Translations under genes and position numbers: made by a program | Part shown: piece by piece, positions 17,177 to 29,574 of the stretch | Numbering within the stretch: position 1 is the stretch's first letter | Layout of the letters: every line of letters starts with the position of its first letter | Assembly: GCF_000940845.1 (NCBI RefSeq) | Contig: NZ_CP010341.1 | Span: 1 to 32,000, forward strand | Direction of reading: 5' to 3' | DNA length: 32,000 nucleotides | DNA from: Propionibacterium freudenreichii subsp. freudenreichii | Lineage (GTDB): Bacteria > Actinomycetota > Actinomycetes > Propionibacteriales > Propionibacteriaceae | Notes under the pieces: model-generated | Told to the model about the DNA's origin: nothing | Seen by the model: the letters and a program-made list of their open reading frames with translations, nothing else | Databases searched by the model: none

Positions 17177-18282
17177 GCGATGTCAAGGCGTCGAAGCAAC
17201 ATGGGGCTCGCCGGCGAGCAGTCGAGCGAATGCCTCGGTGGGCGTGAGATAGCCCAGTCGGCGGCGGGGTCGATTGTTGATCTCCTCGGCGATGGTGGTG
17301 AGGTAGGGCTGGTGATCGGGGATCACCGTGCCCTTGGGCAGATACTCCCGGTAGAGCCGGTTCGTGTTCTCGTTGCTGGGCCTCTGCCAGGGCGAGTGGG
17401 GATCGGCGAAGTAGACCGGCATCGCCGTGGCCAGGGAGACCTTCGCGTGCTGGGCCATCTCGCTGCCCTGGTCCCACGCCAACGATGCCTTCATCATCTC
17501 GGGCAAGTCGTTGAAAAACTCGATGACCGCGTCAGCGGTTGGCTCGGCGTGTTTCGAGGACAGGGCCAGCAGCCCGGTGAACCCGCTCATCCGCTCCACC
17601 AGCGTCGCCGCGCACGAGGTGCCGTTCTTCCCGATGATCAGGTCACCCTCCCAGTGCCCCGGCACCCGACGCTGGGCGGCGTCCTCACCTCGCTCCGCGA
17701 TCGGGACCATACCTACGATTGGGCCACCGCGCGTCCGCCCGGTCGTACGTGGTCGGCGCTTGGTCCGCTTGGACTGCAGGAAGATGCCCTTGCGGGCGAG
17801 CTCACCCTTCGGGATTGCGTAGATGTACTGGTAGATAGCCTCACCGGAGACGGTTCGGCCGCGTGCGTCAGCAGAGTTCGCCATGCGTTCAACGGTCGGG
17901 TCTGTCGCCTCCAGACGCAACCGGCCCGCTATCTCGTTCGGCGTCCACGACGCGGCCAGATCCGCCTCCACCCTCGCCTGCAGCACCGGATCCCCCGCGA
18001 CCTTCCGCTGCTGCGGGCGAGCCCGCCGACGCTGCGCTCTGACGTCTGCGGTCACGGCCTGGTAGCCGCGGGTCTTCGTCGAGTTCCGGTGAAGCTCCCG
18101 CAAGATCACCGACGGGCAACGCCCCAGGTGACGGGCGATCCTCCGCACCGACCAGCCCGCTTTCGAGGCCGTCGAGATCTCCGACCTGTCACTGAACGAC
18201 AACCCCACCCGCGCCATCCGCACACTCCACCGATCAGACCCCCGCCGACCGGGAGTGTTGCTTCGACGCTATGACACCACCG
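17177..18282 (-). mobile_element. IS30-family insertion sequence (about 1.1 kb)
   Basis: Imperfect terminal inverted repeats: TGTCAAGGCGTCGAAGCAACA (17181-17201) versus the rc of 18256-18276, TGTCATAGCGTCGAAGCAACA (19/21). The flanking direct repeat (G)ACG at 17173/4-17176 and 18282/3-18285 fits a 3-4 bp target duplication. The outermost 4-6 bp of the ends are uncertain. Confidence 0.8.
17183..18217 (-). CDS. IS30-family DDE transposase
   Basis: N-terminal HTH (GWSVRRIARHLGRCPSVILRELHRN). Catalytic core motifs HWEGDLI, WDQGSEM, PWQRPSNENTNRLYREYLPKG, NNRPRRRLGYLTPTEAF. ATG 18217 (GGTGGAG 7 nt upstream) is preferred over the ORF-track GTG 18223. The stop lies inside the left IR. Confidence 0.9.
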   Translation of the reverse strand: MARVGLSFSDRSEISTASKAGWSVRRIARHLGRCPSVILRELHRNSTKTRGYQAVTADVRAQRRRARPQQRKVAGDPVLQARVEADLAASWTPNEIAGRLRLEATDPTVERMANSADARGRTVSGEAIYQYIYAIPKGELARKGIFLQSKRTKRRPRTTGRTRGGPIVGMVPIAERGEDAAQRRVPGHWEGDLIIGKNGTSCAATLVERMSGFTGLLALSSKHAEPTADAVIEFFNDLPEMMKASLAWDQGSEMAQHAKVSLATAMPVYFADPHSPWQRPSNENTNRLYREYLPKGTVIPDHQPYLTTIAEEINNRPRRRLGYLTPTEAFARLLAGEPHVASTP

Positions 18283-18661
18283 ACGTTCTCGGATGTGGCC
18301 CCGTCGAATCAGTTCTACAAGGAGATCGAGTGGGCCGCGAGCACCGCTATCACCACTGGTTGGCCTGATGGCACGTTCCGTCCGACGACTCCGGTGGCGC
18401 GTGATGCGATGGCTGCTTTCTTGTATCGGCGTGCCGGGTCTCCTGCTTTCCTGGCTCCTGGTGTTCCGTCGTTCACTGATGTGGGTGCGGGGAACATGTT
18501 CTATCAGCAGATCGAGTGGATGAAGTCGACTGGTGTGTCCACGGGTTGGGTTGATGGGACGTATCGTCCATTGGACGCTACGAACCGTGACGCGATGGCA
18601 GCATTCCTGCACCGCTACAGCAACATCGGGAAGTAACCACCCGAACAAACAAACCAGCTGA

Positions 18662-18704
18662 GGGCTTGTGGGCGCGGCATTGAATCGTCGCCCCGCAAGC
18701 CCTT
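18662..18704 (+). terminator. Hairpin downstream of the SLH gene
   Basis: AGGGCTTGTGGG (18662-18673) pairs with CCCGCAAGCCCT (18693-18704), 12 bp including one G-U. Starts 26 nt after the stop and is followed by TTACTG (weak U tract). Confidence 0.45.
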
Positions 18705-18878
18705 ACTGCGAGCCCTGATGTTTCGCGAACCAGGCCGATGCCCACCCACGTGGCATTGGCCACCTCATTGGCGGGAATGGCCCTGATCGTCCGACAAGGA
18801 CCGCGCCATCTACCGCCGCCTTGTGCCCCCGGGATGGACCTGTTGGGCAATGACAGTGCAATCAGAAGGGATGTGGCG

Positions 18879-19901
18879 ATGGCCAGCGAAGGTGAATGGG
18901 CCAGGTGGCGTGGCGACATGAGGAGTTCCGCGCGCGGCGTGGAGAATTCGGCCGCGAACATTGAGCAATCGTCGGCGCGGGCCGCGGCGGCATCCGACCG
19001 GACCGCCGAGAACTCGGCCCGCACCGCCAGGGCGTCAGAGGACACGGCGCGTTCGGCGCGTTCGGCGCGCAGTGCGGCCACCGCTTCATGGGTCAGCGCT
19101 GGATTCGCCGCCGTCTCGGCCATCCAGAACGCACGTGCCGCCCGGGCAGCCGAGGAACAGACCGCCATCACGCAGTCGATGGCCGCACAGGAACAGACCC
19201 ACCAGTTCGCCATGTGGCGCCAGACCGAGGAGGGCAAGCAGTACGTGGCGTGGCGCAACCAGGCCATTCCGCTGGCGCAACTGCTGCGCGATCGCCAGAC
19301 GCAGTGGCAGCTGGCGTGGGCCCAGGCCATCGGCAACGCCCAGGACTCGGTGTCCGCCCAGGAACTGGAACACATGAAGCCCCACACCGTCCAGGTGCGG
19401 TCGGGGCGACTTAAGATCGCCGCAGTGATCCTGTTCATCCTGGGAGGCTTCGGCCTCATAACCACCCTGGCCGGTGCGTCCATGACGCGCGTCACCGTCC
19501 TGGGTGTGGCTGGTCCGCTGCTGCTCGCGCTACTCATGCTCGCGGTGGCGGTCTACCTCACCGTGAACGGCAAGCGCCGCCGCCAGGAGGAACAGACGGG
19601 CATCACCTGGATGAACACCGAGCTGAGGAGCATCGTGGCCGCCGAGGCGGCCCAGCGCGTCGCGCGCTTCGGCTTCGACCCGCTGGCGGTGCCGCAGGGC
19701 TACACCGGCTTCGCGTGGGGCGCCACCTTCGACCCGAGCGCCTATGCCGACCAGCTCATGTGGATGATCATCAATGGGCCGGTGAACTTCCCCGAGCCCG
19801 ATGAGTTGCCGGCGCTGGTGATGCCCGACGTGTTGGCTCCCAACCCCGCCTTCCGGCCGGAGGTGAATGCTGCGCTGGCCGACTTCCAGCAGCAGTCCTG
19901 A
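18879..19901 (+). CDS. Hypothetical membrane protein (Ala/Ser/Arg-rich helical N-domain, 2 TM helices, about 110-aa C-domain)
   Basis: ATG 18879 is preceded by GAAGGG (8 nt). TM segments LKIAAVILFILGGFGLITTLAGA and VLGVAGPLLLALLMLAVAVYLTV. No family recognised. Confidence 0.55.
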   Translation: MASEGEWARWRGDMRSSARGVENSAANIEQSSARAAAASDRTAENSARTARASEDTARSARSARSAATASWVSAGFAAVSAIQNARAARAAEEQTAITQSMAAQEQTHQFAMWRQTEEGKQYVAWRNQAIPLAQLLRDRQTQWQLAWAQAIGNAQDSVSAQELEHMKPHTVQVRSGRLKIAAVILFILGGFGLITTLAGASMTRVTVLGVAGPLLLALLMLAVAVYLTVNGKRRRQEEQTGITWMNTELRSIVAAEAAQRVARFGFDPLAVPQGYTGFAWGATFDPSAYADQLMWMIINGPVNFPEPDELPALVMPDVLAPNPAFRPEVNAALADFQQQS

Positions 19902-19974
19902 ATCAATCCGCTCGCCCGGGACGACCGCGTCCCTACCGATCCGACGCGAGGTGCCCCCACCGGGGGCCGGACGC

Positions 19975-20030
19975 GCAGGACAGGGGCGACAAGGGCACCG
20001 TCCACAGTGCCCTTGTCGCCCCTGTCCTGC
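19975..20030. terminator. 24-bp perfect inverted repeat (I-shaped terminator candidate) with a DnaA-box-like loop
   Basis: GCAGGACAGGGGCGACAAGGGCAC (19975-19998) pairs with GTGCCCTTGTCGCCCCTGTCCTGC (20007-20030). The loop is CGTCCACA. Lies about 75 nt after the stop of the upstream gene. No U tract. Confidence 0.5.
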
Positions 20031-20259
20031 GTTGAGCCCTCGGCGTCCACGTCCAACCCACCCGGTGCGCCCGGCCGTCCACGCGCTGCACGCACCGACC
20101 CGGCGAAAACCGCCACAACGCCCTGAGCGCCGCAGCACCGTCGCAAGTGGAGGGGCACGCGAAACGGGGTTAATCGGCTCTGAGCGCCGATTTTGCCGCG
20201 ATTTAGGGCAGGCGGCCCCCGATCGACCCCGTCCAGACATGGGTATCGGGCACTTTGGC

Positions 20260-20268
20260 TGGTAGAAT
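20260..20268 (+). promoter_or_regulatory. Candidate extended -10 element of the gyrB promoter
   Basis: TGGTAGAAT (TGn + TAGAAT) lies 54 nt upstream of the gyrB GTG. The -35 is poor (TGGGTA at 17-nt spacing). Confidence 0.4.
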
Positions 20269-20306
20269 CGTCAGGGTGTGCTGCGAGCATTCGCGCACTG
20301 TGATGA

Positions 20307-22364
<2,058 letters not shown>

Positions 22365-22410
22365 TCCGCGCGCGCCCCGCGTCCCCATCCGTGCCTGACA
22401 AGGAAGAACA

Positions 22411-25146
<2,736 letters not shown>

Positions 25147-25173
25147 TTGCCGGGCAACTGGCATTAGCGGGAG

Positions 25174-25209
25174 TCTCCCGCAACCGGCATGAGCGCTGGT
25201 TGCGGGAGA
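25174..25209 (+). terminator. Hairpin downstream of gyrA
   Basis: TCTCCCGCAACC (25174-25185) pairs with GGTTGCGGGAGA (25198-25209). 12-nt loop, followed by TTCCTGCGTTC. Two smaller hairpins precede it (GTTGC-CGG-GCAAC; GCGGGAG-T-CTCCCGC). Confidence 0.5.
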
Positions 25210-25367
25210 TTCCTGCGTTCGGGGCTTGATCGGCGAACCACCGCGTCCACATGGCGGAAATATTCCCCACCGGCTTGAACTGCGGCCGGTCATGCGAGAA
25301 GGTAAGGCTAACCTAACTAGCTGATCCCACCAGTTGGTTTGACCTGTTCGCAGAGAGGCTGCCGACG

Positions 25368-26252
25368 TTGTCACCTTCCTCAAGCAACTCGCATGACCTG
25401 GAGCCCACCGTCTCCGACCAGTCACTGTCGGTTGCCCGACGACTCATGCGCGGCCAGGGCCGTGCATCAATGCTTGCCTACCGCATGGACCCCGCACAGT
25501 CCGTGCAATCGATGGCCCATGGCGTCGACGCCAAGGGCCGCTTCCTCGTGTCGTGGATCGGCAATGCCTGCTGCCCGGTCCCCGAATCGGCCGAGGTGAA
25601 TCCTGTGCGCACCGGGGGCCAGCCCGAGCCGGTGCCGGTGCGCCTGGAGATCCTGCGTCAATCACCTGATCCGATGACGCGGATCGCTGCAGCGAGCCTC
25701 CACCTGCTCGGCTCGCTGTATGTCTTGAGCGACGATGAGCGCATCGACCTGCTCGCCGAGCGCGCACTGCCCACCATGGTGGGCGACGTGGCCGGCATGC
25801 GCGGCGCCCATGTGGGCGTCCTCGTCTCCGACCGCGTGCTGCTGCACGATTGCTACGGCGTCACGCCGCTGTCCTTCGATGCGTTGGTCGGCGAATCCGC
25901 CGACGCGGCCCCGGTGTTCCCCACCATGGCCGACGACCTGGAGGCCTTCGAATGCGTGGCCTGCCTGGCGGAGCCGACGCTGCGCCGCGTCTGCGATTCG
26001 GTGATGTGCGGGCTGCTGCGCGGCCGCGTGCATTCCACCAAGGCCGTGGTCAATCCCTGCCCCGCCGTGGCCGACAAGGTGTTCTGCGTGGACGTTGACC
26101 AGACCGGCATCCTGTTCATGCGGGTGCTCAACGGCCGCGCCACCTCCGTGGTGGCCGACTTCTCACGCAATGTGCATTCACTCGAGGGCCTGGACGCCGA
26201 AGTGTCCGCCCTGGTCGAGAGCTCGACGCTGGTTGACGATTACTGCGTCTGA
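25368..26252 (+). CDS. Hypothetical Cys-rich cytoplasmic protein (10 Cys)
   Basis: ORF with normal high-GC codon appearance. Cys clusters CCPVP, ECVACLAEPTLRRVCDSVMCG, NPCPAVADKVFC. No family recognised. Start uncertain: TTG 25368 per the ORF track, or ATG 25446. Confidence 0.55.
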   Translation: MSPSSSNSHDLEPTVSDQSLSVARRLMRGQGRASMLAYRMDPAQSVQSMAHGVDAKGRFLVSWIGNACCPVPESAEVNPVRTGGQPEPVPVRLEILRQSPDPMTRIAAASLHLLGSLYVLSDDERIDLLAERALPTMVGDVAGMRGAHVGVLVSDRVLLHDCYGVTPLSFDALVGESADAAPVFPTMADDLEAFECVACLAEPTLRRVCDSVMCGLLRGRVHSTKAVVNPCPAVADKVFCVDVDQTGILFMRVLNGRATSVVADFSRNVHSLEGLDAEVSALVESSTLVDDYCV

Positions 26253-26273
26253 CAAGGCCGGCGTCGGGAGTGG

Positions 26274-26298
26274 GCGGGCCCGGGACAACCGGGCCCGC
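26274..26298 (+). terminator. GC-rich hairpin after the Cys-rich hypothetical gene
   Basis: GCGGGCCCGG (26274-26283), loop GACAA, CCGGGCCCGC (26289-26298). Followed by ACGCTTCATT. Confidence 0.5.
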
Positions 26299-26329
26299 AC
26301 GCTTCATTGCACCGTCGCCGGAACATGAA

Positions 26330-26370
26330 CAGGCGGGCCACCGCACATGGGGATGTTGGTGGCCCGCCTG
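26330..26370 (-). terminator. Hairpin just downstream of the DUF1540 gene (minus strand)
   Basis: CAGGCGGGCCACC (26330-26342) pairs with GGTGGCCCGCCTG (26358-26370). 15-nt loop. On the minus strand it is followed by TTCATGTTCC. Lies 12 nt from the stop at 26383. Confidence 0.55.
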
Positions 26371-26382
26371 CAAGTTGTGGAA

Positions 26383-26658
26383 CTACTTGGCCTGGTAGGC
26401 GAGGCAATCAGCCTGCGAGCCACCGACCTCGATGGAGCTTGCGGTGCACATGAGGTCCTTGTTGTGCGTGCACTCGAGACGCTGGCAGGCACCGACCTTG
26501 CCATTGGCCGACGACAGGCCGCCGCGGGCGTCGAGTTCGATGAAGGTGCGGCAGGTGGGCTTCGCGTCGCTGCCACCGATGGTGACGGCGAATGCGGTGC
26601 AGCCGTTGTGGTTGAAGGCGCAGGCCGAGGTGGAACAGGACTTGATGGCGGTTTCCAT
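26383..26658 (-). CDS. Small Cys-rich protein with two DUF1540-like repeats (91 aa, 8 Cys)
   Basis: Two copies of the C-x(4)-C-x-(F/H)N-x(3,4)-C-TA pattern (KSCSTSACAFNHNGCTAFAVTIGG; VGACQRLECTHNKDLMCTASSIEVGG). ATG 26658 is preceded by AGGGAGA. The ORF-track start 26694 adds 12 aa without an SD. Confidence 0.7.
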   Translation of the reverse strand: METAIKSCSTSACAFNHNGCTAFAVTIGGSDAKPTCRTFIELDARGGLSSANGKVGACQRLECTHNKDLMCTASSIEVGGSQADCLAYQAK

Positions 26659-26699
26659 GATGATTCTCCCTTTGTTCGTGACCACGTCTGACAATTACC

Positions 26700-26728
26700 A
26701 ATGTAAGTGCGCATACCGCCCCTGACAA
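26700..26728 (-). promoter_or_regulatory. Candidate sigma-70-type promoter of the DUF1540 gene
   Basis: On the minus strand: TTGTCA (26728-26723) - 17 nt - TACATT (26705-26700). A second ATTGTCAG copy (rc of 26688-26695) falls at about +1 to +10. Confidence 0.45.
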
Positions 26729-26898
26729 TCAAGGTCATCCTAAGAAATAGGGCCGGGAAAGGTTAGGTTCACCTACATTCTGAGTATTCACACGGCGTGC
26801 ACGGCCCATTCCTGAGAAATTCATGTCACCAGGGTTTCTCCCCGCGTTTTCCCGGCTGGCCTACCCTTGGGGTGGAGCACTTCTTAGGGGTGGCGCAT

Positions 26899-27696
26899 AT
26901 GGTGACCAGGCCGACAGCAGTGGCCGGCAGCTTCTATCCGGGCCAGCGGGGGCGGCTCGCCCGCGAGCTGAACACGCTCTTCGAGCAGGCGGATCGTCCA
27001 CCGGCGCAGGTGAGCCCGGCCAGGGTGAAGGCGATCGTGGTGCCGCACGCCGGCTATGTCTACTCGGGCACCACGGCCGCAACCGGCTACGAACTGCTGC
27101 GGGGACGCCCCATCAACCGCGTGGTGGTGCTGGGGCCCACGCACCGGGTGGGGATCCGCGGCATGGCGCTTGCCGGTGCCGACGCCTTCGACACGCCGCT
27201 GGGCTCCGTGCCGGTCGATCCCGACCTCACCGCCATCGCCGAGGCGGTGCCGTTGGTGGTGACGCGTCCCGATGTGCACGCCCGGGAACACAGCCTGGAG
27301 GTGCAGCTGCCGTTCATCAGGACGGTACTGCCGCAGGCCAGCGTGCTTCCGGTGGCCGTGGGCGACGCGCTGCCCGACGAGGTGGCCGCGCTGCTGGACG
27401 CGGTGTGGGGCGAGTCCGACACCGCAATCGTCATCAGCTCCGACCTGTCGCACTACCACTCCTATGACGACGCCCGGAAGCTTGATGCCGGCACCATCGA
27501 CAAGGTGCTGGCGCTGGACGACACCGTGGCGCCCAACCGGGCCTGCGGTTGCTTCTCGTTGAACGGGCTGCTGCTCGCCAGCGGGGAACACCATCTGACG
27601 CCCACCCTGCTTTCCGCCCGCAATTCCGGGGATACCGCCGGCGACAAGGGACGCGTCGTGGGATATGCGTCCTTTGCATTCCAGGCGGACCAGTGA
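26899..27696 (+). CDS. AmmeMemoRadiSam system protein B (MEMO1-family)
   Basis: VAGSFYPG, VVPHAGYVYSG, LGPTHR, REHSLEVQLPF, ISSDLSHYH, ACG. ATG 26899 is preceded by AGGGGTGG. The ORF-track start 26797 is unconserved. Confidence 0.85.
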   Translation: MVTRPTAVAGSFYPGQRGRLARELNTLFEQADRPPAQVSPARVKAIVVPHAGYVYSGTTAATGYELLRGRPINRVVVLGPTHRVGIRGMALAGADAFDTPLGSVPVDPDLTAIAEAVPLVVTRPDVHAREHSLEVQLPFIRTVLPQASVLPVAVGDALPDEVAALLDAVWGESDTAIVISSDLSHYHSYDDARKLDAGTIDKVLALDDTVAPNRACGCFSLNGLLLASGEHHLTPTLLSARNSGDTAGDKGRVVGYASFAFQADQ

Positions 27697-27760
27697 TGTC
27701 GCACCGCGACAATCCCGTAGCCCAACAACACCGCATAACCACACAGTGAGGAGCCAGATC

Positions 27761-28333
27761 ATGAATGACATCCCCGCGGGTGCCCGCGAGACCCTCATCG
27801 ACATGGCGCGCGGAGCCATCGAGCGCCAGTTCGGCATGACCGTGCACCACCGCGAGCAGGCAACCGGCGAGCTGGCGAAGTGGTTGGCGCGTCCGGGCGC
27901 GTCGTTCGTCACGCTGACCCTCGACGGGCGGCTGCGCGGCTGCATCGGCACCCTGGAGGCCTATCGGCCGCTGGGCCAGGACGTGCGCGACAATGCGGTG
28001 CTCGCCGCCTTCCACGACCGGCGCTTCACCCCGCTGCGGGTTGCCGAATACCCCGGACTGCACGTTGAGGTGTCGGTGTTGTCGGCGCCCGAGCCGATGG
28101 AGGTGACCAGCGAGGCGGACGCGATCCGCCAGCTGCGTCCCGGCGTCGACGGGGTGGTGCTCACCGAGGGTTCCCACCGGGCCACCTACCTGCCCCAGGT
28201 GTGGGACCAGCTGCCCGACCCGCATGAATTTCTGTCCACGCTGCGCGAGAAGGCCGGCCTGGCCCCCGATCGGTGGGGGCCGGACACCCGGCTGGCGCGC
28301 TACGCCGTCACCGCCTTCGAGGACACCCGATGA
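27761..28333 (+). CDS. AmmeMemoRadiSam system protein A (AMMECR1 domain)
   Basis: GASFVTL...GRLRGCIGTLEAYRPL..DV..NA..AAF.D.RF.PL, VEVSVLS.PE, G.HRATYLPQVW. ATG 27761 after GTGAGGAG. Confidence 0.85.
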   Translation: MNDIPAGARETLIDMARGAIERQFGMTVHHREQATGELAKWLARPGASFVTLTLDGRLRGCIGTLEAYRPLGQDVRDNAVLAAFHDRRFTPLRVAEYPGLHVEVSVLSAPEPMEVTSEADAIRQLRPGVDGVVLTEGSHRATYLPQVWDQLPDPHEFLSTLREKAGLAPDRWGPDTRLARYAVTAFEDTR

Positions 28334-29418
28334 CGACCTCGCCCACCCGACGGGACCCCGCGGGCACGGACAGGGCCGTCCACGACACCGATGGGCTGCC
28401 CGGACGCACCGCCCGCTGGTGGCATGCGCTGCCCGACGGACGGCTGCGCTGTGAGCTGTGCCCGCGCGAATGCACCCTGCGCGACGGCCAACGCGGCTTC
28501 TGCTTCGTGCGCGCCCGCCACGGCGACGAGATCCGCCTGGACACCTACGGGCACTGCTCGGGCCTGGCGGTCGACCCCATCGAGAAGAAGCCGCTCAACC
28601 ACGTGCTGCCCGGGTCGCGGGTGCTCAGCTTCGGCACCGCCGGCTGCGACCTGGCCTGCCGCTTCTGCCAGAACTGGGAGATCTCCACGGCCCGGTCGAT
28701 GACCGCGGTGGGCGTGCCGGCCATGCCCCGCGACATCGCCCACGACGCGTCGGCACGCGGCTGCAGCGCCGTGGCCTTCACCTACAACGATCCGGTGGTG
28801 TTCGCCGAGTACGCCATGGACACCGCCAGGGCGGTCAACGAGCAGCAGATGCTGTCGATCGCCGTGACGGCCGGATACATCAATCCGGAACCGCGCGACG
28901 AGTTCTTCGCCTGCATGGACGCCGCCAATATCGACCTGAAGGGCTTCACCGAGGGCTTCTACCGGCGTATTACCGGCGGACGCCTCGACGTGGTGCTCGA
29001 CACGATCGATGCCGTGGTGCACAACGGACGCACCTGGGTGGAGCTCACCACCCTGCTGATCCCCGGCATGAACGACTCCGACGAGGAGTTGCGGGCGATG
29101 TGCGGGTGGATCGTGCGCCAGCTCGGCCCCGATGTGCCGCTGCACTTCACGGCGTTCCACCCGTCGAACCGCATGAGGGATGTGCCGCCCACCACCGCCA
29201 CATCGGTGGAGCGGGCCCGCCAGATCGCACTCGATGCCGGCATCCACTTCGTCTACACCGGCAATGTGCACGATCCGGCCGGTCAGACCACCTGGTGCCC
29301 GCAGTGCGGGACGGCGCTCATCGAGCGTGATGGCTACCGGGTGGGGCCGGTGCGCCTGGACGACCTGGGGCGCTGCCGTTCCTGCGGCTACGCGTTGCCC
29401 GGCATCTTCCGGCGCTGA
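28330..29418 (+). CDS. AmmeMemoRadiSam system radical SAM enzyme (PflA-activase-like)
   Basis: N-terminal CELCPRECTLRDGQRGFCFVR. DPIEKKPLNH. Radical-SAM CX3CX2C (CDLACRFC, nt 28645-28668). C-terminal CPQCG...CRSCG zinc-ribbon-like pair. ATG 28330 overlaps the AMMECR1 stop (ATGA). Confidence 0.88.
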   Translation: MTTSPTRRDPAGTDRAVHDTDGLPGRTARWWHALPDGRLRCELCPRECTLRDGQRGFCFVRARHGDEIRLDTYGHCSGLAVDPIEKKPLNHVLPGSRVLSFGTAGCDLACRFCQNWEISTARSMTAVGVPAMPRDIAHDASARGCSAVAFTYNDPVVFAEYAMDTARAVNEQQMLSIAVTAGYINPEPRDEFFACMDAANIDLKGFTEGFYRRITGGRLDVVLDTIDAVVHNGRTWVELTTLLIPGMNDSDEELRAMCGWIVRQLGPDVPLHFTAFHPSNRMRDVPPTTATSVERARQIALDAGIHFVYTGNVHDPAGQTTWCPQCGTALIERDGYRVGPVRLDDLGRCRSCGYALPGIFRR

Positions 29419-29574
29419 CGGGGCACCGGGTGGGCGCTGGACGCACCGGCGATCCCTGCCGCGGCGACGCGGTGCGCATGCGGTGGCCGCGCCCGGTAGT
29501 CTGAACACGCCCGAAACCGTCGGTGTGGCCCAGCAGGGTGGTCGCGTTGCCGACATGCACGCAGGAGGGTCTGG

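Larger units (their letters stand above)
15863..18636 (+). pseudogene. Secreted surface-layer-type protein with three C-terminal SLH domains, interrupted by an IS30-family insertion
   Basis: AAGGAG lies 9 nt before ATG 15863. Signal peptide MKTRVRSRKPAAGLAGIALFASGLSLMSTVASRA. PS-rich linker. SLH1 (FVDV..DQFADDICWAKSQGITTGWPDGTYRPVTPINRDALIAYIYRLAG) ends at 17176. SLH2 and SLH3 resume at 18286 (FSDVAPSNQFYKEIEWA...; FTDVGAGNMFYQQIEWM...). Deleting 17177-18285 (1109 bp) rejoins the frame, giving GQT|FSDV and a 554-aa ORF. Confidence 0.8.

Noticed and set aside
15830-18274. 814-aa plus-strand ORF taken as one protein
   Set aside because: It is chimeric. Residues after about 449 are the antisense translation of the IS30 transposase. 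The genuine gene resumes in another frame at 18286, so it is annotated as an IS-disrupted pseudogene instead.
26884-29556. Minus-strand ORFs 26884..27951 (355 aa) and 28300..29556 (418 aa)
   Set aside because: They are antisense to the Memo, AMMECR1 and radical SAM genes. They have no motifs and show the same GC-rich artefact.
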